A stretch of DNA of 64,000 nucleotides from Coxiellales bacterium (GTDB lineage: Bacteria; Pseudomonadota; Gammaproteobacteria; CBDETP01). The stretch lies in assembly GCA_965242995.1 (NCBI GenBank), contig CBDETP010000010.1, positions 60,458-124,457 of the forward strand, given 5' to 3'. This document shows positions 30,707-40,627 of this stretch, piece after piece; positions within the stretch are counted from its first letter, which is position 1; each line of letters opens with the position of its first letter. The position numbers were made by a program, and so were the translations under genes. The notes beneath the pieces are model-generated. The model was not told where the DNA came from and did not search any database. It worked only from the letters and a program-made list of their open reading frames with translations.

Positions 30707-31002
30707 AAATGCCTACACTAATTTTTAAGGCATTATAACGACTTGTGAGTGGAAAATAACTACCGTGTTTTTCATTTATAACTGCTACAAACTTCACCAC
30801 AAAACCAGCAAGACTGGAGACTCCGATGTCCGCAACACAGGAGCGTGAACATTAAACTCAACCAAAACGATTATTAAACACAGGCAATCAGGGTAGCAGA
30901 CTTTGGATTCAGTGGCGGACATTTTGTTTGAATTTTATTTAATAGCCTTCGAATAAAAGATGAAACTAAAAACGACAAATCAACAAATAACGGATAAAAA
31001 AA

Positions 31003-32223
31003 ATGCGTGATATTAAAACCTTCTGGGCTTTTCCATTGCTACTTGCTCTGTATGAAATGGTTGGCTACCTATCAACTGATGCCTATCTGCCAGCTCTACC
31101 ACATATCCAAGTAGCACTTCATACGTCTCATCACCTTGTCCAGCTAACATTGACCACTTGGTTTATGGGGTTAACCTCCATGCAACTTATTTTAGGGCCC
31201 CTGTCAGATCGGGTAGGTCGCCGCCCCACATTACTTACAGGTGGGGTTATCTTTATTTTATCAACCATCGGTTGTGCATTTATTCATAATATCTATTCAT
31301 TTTTGATTCTTAGATTTATTCAAGGCGCCACTATTACTTCCATAATTGTTTCCGGCTATTCAACAATACATGAGCTCTTTAATGAAAAACAAGCAATTCA
31401 TACTATAGCTATTATGGGCAGTATTACTATTTTGGCACCAGCATTTGGTCCCTTACTAGGATCTGTTGTGCTATATTTTACAGGCTGGCGTTGGATTTTT
31501 TCTAGTTTAGCCATACTAGCGATTATTTTTGTGGGCGGTTTATTCTTTTTAATGCCTGAAACAATATCAAAAAATGAAAAAAAAGCAAACTTAAAAAAAA
31601 TATTAAATCAATACAAAAATATTTTTGTTACGAAAAAATTTATTCTTCTTGCGATGACATCTGGATGCTTATACGCCAATATGATTGCATGGCTCACCGC
31701 AGGCCCTTTTCTTCTATTTGATCAATTTCATCTACATCTTTTGTATTTTGGTATATTACAAGTATTTGTTTTTGGCAGCTTGATAATAGCAACTCTCTCG
31801 GTAAAACGACTAATGAATTACTTTCCATTGAACAACCTTATTTGGTGTGGAATCATGCTATCATTGTCAGGCGCTATATATGCTTTTATCAGTTCATTGG
31901 TTTGGCCACTTATATACTGGAACACTATTATTTCCATGATGGTGATTGCCCTTGGTGCCGGCATTGCTTTCCCAATACTCAACCGGCTAATCATTAGATC
32001 GAGCGAAGAGCCTATGGGGTCACGTATAGCCATCTCTAGCAGCATCGGGGGAATGTTTGCTATGTTTGGCAGCGCGATTATCAGCATTCTTTACAATGGC
32101 TCGCTTTTTTCATTAAACGCTATACTTCTTTTATTTAGTATCATTGCTGTTATCTGTGGATTTGCGGTGAACATTAGAAAGAGTTCGAATAAGGCGCACA
32201 TAATCAAGACTGATTCCCTCTAA
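31003..32223 (+). CDS. Bcr/CflA (MdfA-like) MFS drug efflux transporter
   Basis: D.YLPALP, GPLSDRVGRRP, RFIQG, APAFGPLLG. Confidence 0.9.
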   Translation: MRDIKTFWAFPLLLALYEMVGYLSTDAYLPALPHIQVALHTSHHLVQLTLTTWFMGLTSMQLILGPLSDRVGRRPTLLTGGVIFILSTIGCAFIHNIYSFLILRFIQGATITSIIVSGYSTIHELFNEKQAIHTIAIMGSITILAPAFGPLLGSVVLYFTGWRWIFSSLAILAIIFVGGLFFLMPETISKNEKKANLKKILNQYKNIFVTKKFILLAMTSGCLYANMIAWLTAGPFLLFDQFHLHLLYFGILQVFVFGSLIIATLSVKRLMNYFPLNNLIWCGIMLSLSGAIYAFISSLVWPLIYWNTIISMMVIALGAGIAFPILNRLIIRSSEEPMGSRIAISSSIGGMFAMFGSAIISILYNGSLFSLNAILLLFSIIAVICGFAVNIRKSSNKAHIIKTDSL

Positions 32224-32242
32224 AAACAAGCTAACAGCCACT

Positions 32243-32345
32243 AAGATTTTTTACCGTAGCATATTGGATAACATTCACTTTGCTAAACCAGATGCACCAG
32301 ATGCAACAGAAGACGAGATCATTTATACCACCAAACAAGCGTATT
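32243..32345 (+). pseudogene. Short scar of an ABC-transporter NBD gene
   Basis: Reads IFYRSILDNIHFAKPDA(PDA)TEDEIIYTTKQAY versus LFHRSILDNIRFAKPDATEDEVIHAAKQAH at about 35035-35125. Confidence 0.75.
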
Positions 32346-32356
32346 TAACCCATCCT

Positions 32357-32389
32357 CTTAAGATTTCCTTAATAATAGTATGATACTAT
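32357..32389 (+). promoter_or_regulatory. PmrA-type box plus extended -10
   Basis: CTTAA-ga-TT-tc-CTTAA, 11 nt, (TGa)TACTAT. Confidence 0.8.
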
Positions 32390-32458
32390 GTTTTATAGCA
32401 ACCCTGACACACCGCATTTGAACAGAGTCGATTAAACACCTAATTGCCGAGACTAGAC

Positions 32459-33646
32459 ATGAAAAAAGCGTTATTTAGCATGATGATCCTATCCATTATT
32501 TTAATGGATATATTAACGGGCATGGAATTTGACCTGTTTGTACCTGCCTTTGCCCAGCTGCAAAGCCACTTTCATATATCCTCCTTCTGGACAGAGGCGT
32601 TGTTATCCGTTAATTTTTTAGGGTATCTTTTAAGTCTGTTTTTTGTTGGCACTCTGGCTGACCACTATGGTAGAAAGCCCGTTATTCTATATGGGTTGTT
32701 GATTTTCATTGTCGGAAGCTTTTTTTGTCTATTTGCCAACAATTACGCGCTTCTTTTGTTCGGGCGATTTTTACAAGGTATAGGTATTGCAGCGCCCGCC
32801 ATCCTCAGTTTTTTAATCATTGCAGATCGATATCCAATCAAACAACAGCAGTTTTTCATGGCCATGTTAAACGGCTCGCTTAATATTGCAGCTGGCATTG
32901 CCCCGGTTGTCGGCAGTTATATTACCTTATATTATCATTGGCGCGGCAACTTTGTCGCTCTTCTACTTTTAGGCATTATAAGTTGGGCAATGGCCTTGGT
33001 ATTTATTTCAAAAGACAGCCCGAAAAATCGTGAAAAAAAATCGTCTTCTATGGGTTACTTCCAATTGTTTAAATCCAAAGAACTATTACTCTTAGTGGGC
33101 AATATTATATTAATGTGCATTCCTTATTGGATTTTTGTCGGCATGTCACCTTTGCTCTATATAAAAAGCTTACACGTCACTTTGCATTTTTTTGGCTTCT
33201 ATCAAGGAATTTTGGCCTTCAGCTTTGCTATTGGCAGTATTATACTCGGCTTTATGATCAATCGCTTTTCTCAACGAAGCTGGCTCACCACGGCATCATA
33301 TATTTATATACTGTCATTGGCGCTTATTCTTCTGGTCACACTAACGGGTAGCAAAAACCCCTTATTTATCACCGGAGCCATGCTTGCCTTTTGTATGGCG
33401 CAAATTATTCCCAGCATCATTTTATACCCGCTGTGCTTAAACTTTATCCCTGAAGCCAAAGCTAAAGTAGCCGCAATCCAGCAAGGCGGTCGACTTGTTT
33501 TTACTGCATTAGCACTGGAGATGGCCGGTTATTTTTATCATGGGTCGTTTTATACCACAGGAATGATGATCGCCTTCTTCATTGCAGCCGCCATTATCAG
33601 CCAAATAGCCATTATGAAAAACCCAAAAATCGTCATTCAAGGCTAA
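32459..33646 (+). CDS. Bcr/CflA MFS transporter
   Basis: DLFVPAF, G.LADHYGRKP, GRFLQG, APVVG. Confidence 0.88.
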   Translation: MKKALFSMMILSIILMDILTGMEFDLFVPAFAQLQSHFHISSFWTEALLSVNFLGYLLSLFFVGTLADHYGRKPVILYGLLIFIVGSFFCLFANNYALLLFGRFLQGIGIAAPAILSFLIIADRYPIKQQQFFMAMLNGSLNIAAGIAPVVGSYITLYYHWRGNFVALLLLGIISWAMALVFISKDSPKNREKKSSSMGYFQLFKSKELLLLVGNIILMCIPYWIFVGMSPLLYIKSLHVTLHFFGFYQGILAFSFAIGSIILGFMINRFSQRSWLTTASYIYILSLALILLVTLTGSKNPLFITGAMLAFCMAQIIPSIILYPLCLNFIPEAKAKVAAIQQGGRLVFTALALEMAGYFYHGSFYTTGMMIAFFIAAAIISQIAIMKNPKIVIQG

Positions 33647-33698
33647 TTATCATGCAAAACCCCTACTATTTTGCAAAAAAAAGCATTTAATCCACACC

Positions 33699-33731
33699 CT
33701 TAATATTTCCTTAAGTATTGCTGTGTATAAT
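33699..33731 (+). promoter_or_regulatory. PmrA-type box plus -10
   Basis: CTTAA-ta-TT-tc-CTTAA, 11 nt, TATAAT. Confidence 0.8.
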
Positions 33732-33765
33732 AGTTTAGTTCAACCATAATAACAGGAAGCGCCAC

Positions 33766-35511
33766 ATGAAAACCCCTAAGCCATTACCTAGCCGCCTTTT
33801 TTGTTTCATTTGGCATTACGTTAAGCAGCACCGACTGGCTCAAGTTGGGCTATTTGTTGTGGCGCTATCATGGGCGATTGAGCTGACCCTAACACCTTAT
33901 TTAATGAAACGTATTATTGACGTGGCAGCAGCCCCTCATCCTTCTGATTTGGTTAGCCATATTCTATGGCCTTGCTTGCTCTATGGCGCTATGTCACTTT
34001 GGATGAATCTTAACTTCAGATTATATGATTACATCAATCTAAGAATATACCCGGCCATTAAAAGAAATATTGGCCAAGATATGTTTAATTATTTAATGTT
34101 TCATTCCTATGCTTTTTTCCAAAATAATTTTGCAGGCACCTTAACTAAAAAAATATTCGATATGTCGACTGCAAAACATTATTCAAATATTTACTGAGTG
34201 ATTTTATCCGCGCATATTTGCATGGCTATTGCTTCAGTACATCGTCAAGCCGATATTATTTTACTTGTATGGACAATATTTTATATTGGCTTATCGTTTA
34301 TTGGTGCCCGATGGATTGAAAAACCTGCTAACACGCTGTCGACTGTACGTGCAAAAATGAGTGGCACACTGTCCGATTCCATCTCTAACATTATATTAAC
34401 TAAATTATTTGCTCGCGCAGGTTATGAAAGTGATCGTGTTAAAGACTCATTAAATAAAATGGTTTTTTGGGATCGAAAAGTTGACCGCATGCAATTGTTG
34501 TTAAACTTTTTGCAAGGATTAATGGTCATGCTATTAACCGGCCTTATGTTGTATTTTCTGGTGCAGTTTCGCAAAACAGGCGACATTCAAGTCGGTGATT
34601 TTGCTTTTATTCTAACGTTAAGCATGTTTATTACCAACCAAGTCTGGCAAATAGGCACGCAAATGCTTGAGTTTTCTAAAGCCATTGGTGAATGCCGCCA
34701 GGCCATGAGTTATATGATTACCCCACACGATATTCAAGACATTGACCAAGCTAAACCCTTAACGGTGACGCATGGTAGCATTGTGTTTGATCGTGTTGAC
34801 TTCTCTTATGAAAATTCACACGCTTTATTTCATCAGTTAAATGTGACAATCAAACCTGGTCAACGCGTTGGTTTGGTAGGGCATTCGGGGGGCGGCAAGT
34901 CGAGCTTTGTTAAATTAATCTTACGCCTGATTGATATTCAAAGTGGTTCTATCATCATTGACGGGCAAGATATTAAAGCCGTACAGCAGCGATCGTTACG
35001 CCAACAAATTACCACCATTCCGCAAGATACCGAGCTTTTTCATCGCAGCATATTAGACAATATTCGTTTTGCCAAACCGGATGCCACAGAAGATGAGGTG
35101 ATTCATGCAGCCAAACAAGCCCATTGCCATGAATTTATTATGGCCTTGCCTGAAAAATATCAATCGTTAGTGGGCGAGCGTGGCGTTAAGTTGTCTGGTG
35201 GTCAAAAACAACGTATTGCTATTGCGCGAGCCTTTTTGAAAAATTCATCCATTTTATTAATCGATGAGGCAACCTCAGCCCTGGACTCTAAAACTGAGCA
35301 AGACATTCAGCAGGGATTGCATGATATTATGATAAACAAAACCGCTATTGTTGTGGCTCATCGCTTATCGACATTAAAAGATGTAGATCGAATTTTAGTC
35401 TTTGATCAGGGTAAAATCATTCAAGATGGCAGCTTGGCGGAACTCATGGCGGATAAAAAAGGACATTTTTATACCTTATGGCAAATGCAGTCTAGTGGGT
35501 TTTTGACTTAA
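33766..35511 (+). pseudogene. ABC exporter (TMD+NBD fusion) disrupted in TMD
   Basis: GHSGGGKS, LSGGQKQR, LIDEATSALD, VAHRLST; stop at 34195-34197 and frame-scrambled IIQIFTE*FYPRIF segment near 34170-34230. Confidence 0.8.
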
Positions 35512-35532
35512 TTAATGATTAAGGGAGTTGTT

Positions 35533-36090
35533 ATGAAAGGCGAGATATTAACAACGGATCGTTTAATTTTATGCGTTCCGCAGCCCGAAGACCGTGATCA
35601 TCTTATTGCATTCCGTACTGATATAAATGTCATGCGCTGTCTTGGTGGATTTGGCCAGGATTTTGGTAGCGGCACCATTCAGTCGACGGATGAAATCATC
35701 TATCAACTTAGTTTGGCGCAAAAATATTTCGATGATTATGGATTAGGATTTTTTTGTGCTTTTGAAAAAGAGTCCAAGCAATTTATGGGTCAAGCCGGTT
35801 TGTTTCATGTGGGCTTTAATGTCAATCAGCCTGACATTGAATTGGCTTATCGTTTGCATCAATCGTTTTGGGGGAAGGGCTATGCGACTGAGCTGGCTCA
35901 AGCGCTTATTCATTGGGGTTTTACAACGCGCCATTTAGATCGCATCATTGCTGCTTGTCACCCGGGCAATAAACGCTCTATGCGTGTGTTGGAAAAAACG
36001 GGCATGCAATATGACGGCATTGTTGATTTTAGGGGACATCATATTCCAGGCTATAGTATTACTGCGAGTCAGTGGGGTAATAAGTCATAA
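35533..36090 (+). CDS. GNAT (RimJ/RimL-type) acetyltransferase
   Basis: TDRLIL, ELAYRL..FWGKGYATE, N.RS.RVLEKTGM. Confidence 0.9.
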   Translation: MKGEILTTDRLILCVPQPEDRDHLIAFRTDINVMRCLGGFGQDFGSGTIQSTDEIIYQLSLAQKYFDDYGLGFFCAFEKESKQFMGQAGLFHVGFNVNQPDIELAYRLHQSFWGKGYATELAQALIHWGFTTRHLDRIIAACHPGNKRSMRVLEKTGMQYDGIVDFRGHHIPGYSITASQWGNKS

Positions 36091-36158
36091 AAAGCAGCTG
36101 AAAAAATGAACAATAATATGCTAGAAATTAATGCGGCAGTTTAAAAAAGGATTGAACA

Positions 36159-36707
36159 ATGAAAATACTTGAAACCGATCGCCTGTTGTTACGCACCTTT
36201 AATCCATCCGATTGTGATGCAATGACAGCGATTAATCAAGATGCCGAGGTGATGCGGCACTTCCCATCGGTTGGTACACGCGAGGAAACTGAAGAACATA
36301 TTCAGCGTATTATGGCGCATCAAGATAAATACGGCTATTCCTTATATGCGGTTGAGCTAAAAACAACGCATGAAATGATCGGTTTTGTCGGACTTATTCA
36401 CCGAACTAAAGACGAATTTAATGCACCGTTTATGCCAGCGACTGAAATAGGCTGGCGTTTGGCGTCTAAACATTGGAATCAGGGTTATGCTACCGAAGCG
36501 GCTAAGGCAGTGCTGGCTTATGCTTTTGCACAACTCAAATTAAATGACATTATTTCATTTACCGCCGTGCCTAATGCGCCTTCACGTCGTATTATGGAGA
36601 AAATTGGAATGCATCACTGTCCTGATGACGATTTTAACCACACTAAGCTAGATAAAACTCATCCACTTTGTCGCCACGTACTTTATCAAATCACACAAGC
36701 CTTATGA
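36159..36707 (+). CDS. GNAT (RimJ/RimL-type) acetyltransferase
   Basis: ETDRLLLR, EIGWRLA..HWNQGYATE, N.PSRRIMEKIGM. Confidence 0.92.
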   Translation: MKILETDRLLLRTFNPSDCDAMTAINQDAEVMRHFPSVGTREETEEHIQRIMAHQDKYGYSLYAVELKTTHEMIGFVGLIHRTKDEFNAPFMPATEIGWRLASKHWNQGYATEAAKAVLAYAFAQLKLNDIISFTAVPNAPSRRIMEKIGMHHCPDDDFNHTKLDKTHPLCRHVLYQITQAL

Positions 36708-37910
36708 ACTCAAGTCAACAAACTGAAGCCAGGGAACCGCAATAACAGCTGAGATACTTAGCAATAAAAAATACACAGGCATTGGCCAAGCCTGACCGTT
36801 ATGGATAGCACCCATTATCCAGGTAAAAACTGAGATTAAAAGATAATAACCTGACCCAAACAGTGCACCTGCGCGGCCTAGGCATTGCTTATAAGCCAGT
36901 AACGCCTCACTCAAAATGATTGGCAATAAAAAACCAAATGAAGCAAAAATCAAACCCATCACCGGTAAAAGAACAATAATAATCGATAAAACTTTATGAT
37001 GAATTGAAACTGGTATGAAATAAATAACCAGCACAAAAATCAACGCTGTTAAAATTAATAGTATTGACCCAATATTAACAATTTTTTTTGGTGAATATTT
37101 CTTAATTAATCTTGTTGAAATCAATGTGCCCATGAGAGAAGCTATAGCAATAAACAAACCCAATTGACCAAATTCACTTGGCGTCAGCTTAATCATACGA
37201 ATAAAAATAAATGGCCCTTCCGCATAATAACCAAACAAAATGCCATTGATCACACCAATTATCCAAGTTGATGCTAAAATATGTTTATCAGTAATCATTC
37301 TTTTAAAAACCGGCCACATACTTTTTGAACCAAAACCAGCATTATTAAAATGCGTTTCTGGCAACATTAATAAAGCCAAAAAAAACAAAACCAACCCCAT
37401 AAAAGCAAGAAAATAAAAATTGGCGTGCCATGAAATGAGTTCTGTTAAATACCCCCCTAAAAGCGGCCCCATAGTGGTTGATGCAGCCAGCAAAAACCCA
37501 GCTGACGAATAAAAAAACCGCCTTTTACTAACGGATAAGGCCTCTCTCACGATGGCTTGCACAAGCACCGAACCACAGCTCGCACCCAAGCCTTGAATCA
37601 CTCGAAACAAAAGCAGCTGGTTAATGCTTACTGCATGTAAGCAAAAAATGCTAGCAATCAAATAGGTTAATAAACTAATTAACATAGGACGCCTTCTGCC
37701 GATATGATCTGACAGCCAGCCCCAAAAGAACACACCTATTGTGAAGCCGATAAAATATGCACTCAATGTCCATTGAGCCATTGCGTTAGTTGTTAAAAAA
37801 TAATGAGCAATGTCTGGCAGCGCGGGGGAATAAATTGTCTCTCCTAGCTGTGGAAACATCGTCAGTAAAAAAAGCACCCAAAGTGCTGGCACCTTTAAGC
37901 GCTGACTCAT
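36702..37910 (-). CDS. Bcr/CflA MFS transporter
   Basis: ETIYSPALP, GWLSDHIGRRR, RVIQGLG, GPLLGG. Confidence 0.9.
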   Translation of the reverse strand: MSQRLKVPALWVLFLLTMFPQLGETIYSPALPDIAHYFLTTNAMAQWTLSAYFIGFTIGVFFWGWLSDHIGRRRPMLISLLTYLIASIFCLHAVSINQLLLFRVIQGLGASCGSVLVQAIVREALSVSKRRFFYSSAGFLLAASTTMGPLLGGYLTELISWHANFYFLAFMGLVLFFLALLMLPETHFNNAGFGSKSMWPVFKRMITDKHILASTWIIGVINGILFGYYAEGPFIFIRMIKLTPSEFGQLGLFIAIASLMGTLISTRLIKKYSPKKIVNIGSILLILTALIFVLVIYFIPVSIHHKVLSIIIVLLPVMGLIFASFGFLLPIILSEALLAYKQCLGRAGALFGSGYYLLISVFTWIMGAIHNGQAWPMPVYFLLLSISAVIAVPWLQFVDLSS

Positions 37911-38000
37911 AAGAAGTCCATAAATATGAAAGAAAATATTATACCTTTTCTTTCGGCATTATCAATTTTTTTCTTTGTCTCACTGGAAACTCTTACGAGA

Positions 38001-39299
38001 CTATACCGCTCCTGAAGACCGGAAACTCTTTGACTCTTGCCCTAGCTCTGGCTCTGGACAACAAGAAAAAAAAGCGGATGGTGATTCAGGTCTATAATCA
38101 GGTGATGAGGCGCCAGACGCTTGTCGGGGAGCGCTCATATGCTTAGTAATAAGCAGTGTATTCAATTGATTGAATAAGATTTCTTTAAGTTCTTCATTAA
38201 GTTCTTTTAATGGTTCAAGACTCTTTTCATCACTAAAATAATTTTTCACAAAGTCACTTAGCTGCATTGTTTGTTGAAAAAAATCATGAAAATCATGAAA
38301 ATCATTTATTTTTTCTTCAGAAGAATGTTCTTCATCACAAGATAATCTACTGAAATAAGACCTTAAAATACGATCTTGACAAAAAATAAAATTCGCAAAT
38401 ACATTAAAAAATGAAACATTTCTTAATCTGTCATCAAAAAATCCAACCTTTTCATGACCCTCATAAACAATCTTTATTTCTACAAGATGTTCTAGAAGAA
38501 CACCTTGAATAAAACCAAGGAGATCATTCACAACAATTTCATAAAAATTATCAATAAAAACTTCAATTGATAAAAAACGCCTTTGACCATCATTTACCGA
38601 GCACGTTTCTAAAATTTTATTTAAAAAATATTCATCCATCTTTGATTCTATAGCTTTAGAAAAATGTTTAAAAAACCATAAAAGGTCTTCACTTTGCGAC
38701 CTATCATACTCATTACTTGCTACCCCAAACATCCTAACATAAGTATGTGTTTTTAATGCACAATAAAAGCCTTCATGACTTTCTGAAATTTTTGTAAAAA
38801 TTTCCATATATACATCTTTCTCGGCATGAAAAAGATATGGACCATCCTCAGATTCAACCTCAAGTTCAAAATAATCATTGCCATCAATTTTAACTGGGGA
38901 ACCTGCTTTAGTTTTAAAATATGACCTTTCATAATCTCGTCTTTGAGAATCTTGTCCCTTTTCATTTTTCTCCGGCCCTACGGTCTTTTGATAAAAAAGA
39001 GCATTCAATCCATCAATTAACTCAATTGCTTGTTTTAATTTTTTTTCTTTTTCAAGTTCTTCAAAATCACTTGACTGGGCTATATCATGAGCACCTAAAT
39101 CAGCAGCGCTACCGTTAACCGCAACATCTGAATTAACATCTAAATCACTGCCACAATCCGCAGCGTCAGAACCAACATCTGAATCAATACTACTGCCATG
39201 ATCCGCAGCGTCAGAACCAACATCTGAACCAATAGCAGTGCCATCAACTGCAGCCCTGAGTTTTATCCAGTCATTTGGTGGTTCTTGTTGTATTGGCAT
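38001..39299 (-). CDS. Hypothetical acidic protein with N-terminal repeats, effector-like
   Basis: 432-aa orphan ORF; 45-bp repeat (SDVGSDAAD), DFH repeats, C-terminal SAFF-E/S-rich tail. Confidence 0.65.
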   Translation of the reverse strand: MPIQQEPPNDWIKLRAAVDGTAIGSDVGSDAADHGSSIDSDVGSDAADCGSDLDVNSDVAVNGSAADLGAHDIAQSSDFEELEKEKKLKQAIELIDGLNALFYQKTVGPEKNEKGQDSQRRDYERSYFKTKAGSPVKIDGNDYFELEVESEDGPYLFHAEKDVYMEIFTKISESHEGFYCALKTHTYVRMFGVASNEYDRSQSEDLLWFFKHFSKAIESKMDEYFLNKILETCSVNDGQRRFLSIEVFIDNFYEIVVNDLLGFIQGVLLEHLVEIKIVYEGHEKVGFFDDRLRNVSFFNVFANFIFCQDRILRSYFSRLSCDEEHSSEEKINDFHDFHDFFQQTMQLSDFVKNYFSDEKSLEPLKELNEELKEILFNQLNTLLITKHMSAPRQASGASSPDYRPESPSAFFSCCPEPELGQESKSFRSSGAV

Positions 39300-39582
39300 A
39301 GTGAGTAGCTCATTTTATGTAAGAGCCTCACTGGCAGGGAAAGGGTTTGCTCCATCAAAAGATGTGTATATTATACCCTATACTTTACCATTAGTACAGC
39401 CTATGATCAAGCAGCCAGCCTTGAAACAAAATCACCTAAACAACTGAATTTAAACAAATTATAAAAAACTCGAGGCGTAAACCACAACTACCCTACAAAC
39501 CAAGGTAACTGCTACACCAATCAACATGAACTGACTTTAACCTATAGACTGTATATCAACCCTGATTGCGCTATGACTAAAA

Positions 39583-40500
39583 CTAATACTGCAACAAACA
39601 GCGATTATAATGACTAAAAATCTTTAGAATATATTGAGTAGCCTGAGCGACAACCTGGTCATTAGGCTTTGCTGATGCTTGCTGCTGTGTAAAATAGATA
39701 GATACGATAATCGGCGAACAAGATGGCGGCCAAATGACACCAATGTCGTTAGTTGTGCCGTAACCCCCTGTTCCGGTTTTATCACCAACCAGCCAATCTA
39801 CTGGCACACCAGCTCGGATGCGAGCATCTCCCGTTTTATTATCAATAAGCCACTGGCGAAGCTGTTTTTTTTGCACATCCGGCAAGACATTACTCAACAC
39901 CCAGCGCTGTAAGTTCTTTGTCATCTGGTACGGCGTTGAGGTATCACGAAAATCCCCAGGAATTGCTGAGTTTAAATCTGGCTCCGCACGATTTAAATGC
40001 GAAACCGAATCTCCCATTATCTTAAGTTGTGATGTGATTTTCAGCGGGCCACCTAAAAGCGTCATTAATTCATTCATTGCCGCATTATCAGTTGCCGTCA
40101 TTGCCGCATGAGCAAGGGCTTTTACACGCATTCCTTGGTTAACTTGTTTTTTAGTGACCGGCGCATAACCCGACCGCTCAACATCATACTCAGTAAAATA
40201 GCGTTTTTTAGCCAATATTCCTGGATCTTTTATACTTTGCTTTAGCAACACAGCCGCAACAAGGAACTTGCTTGTACTGCATAATGGAAAACGCTGATGG
40301 GCATGAAAAGCAATGCTTCTACCTGATGTCAGATCCACTGCAAAAACCCCTAACTTGCCATGATTGTCTTTTTCTATTGTTTTAAAGATTGCTAACTGAT
40401 TAGTTGTCACACTTGCCTTTTTGTATGAAGAATCACTCTCTGCATTAGCAGAAAATAACAGAAAAAAGAATAAAATAATCGATAAAAAAAGTTTTCTCAT
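39583..40500 (-). CDS. Class A serine beta-lactamase
   Basis: Signal peptide, RFPLCSTSK, TDN (SDN variant), EPDLN, DTSTP, DKTG. Confidence 0.93.
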   Translation of the reverse strand: MRKLFLSIILFFFLLFSANAESDSSYKKASVTTNQLAIFKTIEKDNHGKLGVFAVDLTSGRSIAFHAHQRFPLCSTSKFLVAAVLLKQSIKDPGILAKKRYFTEYDVERSGYAPVTKKQVNQGMRVKALAHAAMTATDNAAMNELMTLLGGPLKITSQLKIMGDSVSHLNRAEPDLNSAIPGDFRDTSTPYQMTKNLQRWVLSNVLPDVQKKQLRQWLIDNKTGDARIRAGVPVDWLVGDKTGTGGYGTTNDIGVIWPPSCSPIIVSIYFTQQQASAKPNDQVVAQATQYILKIFSHYNRCLLQY

Positions 40501-40627
40501 AATGCAACCTAGCTTTTAAAAAAACCATCATCTCACTCTAAAAGTAAAAACTCAACTAAAAACACGGTATTTAAAACCCCTCTTTATTATTGTTCAATAA
40601 AGACAAATTTACTCATTTAAAAAAATC

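Noticed and set aside
34195-34197. In-frame TGA as selenocysteine or alternative genetic code
   Set aside because: TGA is a normal stop in nuoC, sufS and sufC; the surrounding frame is scrambled
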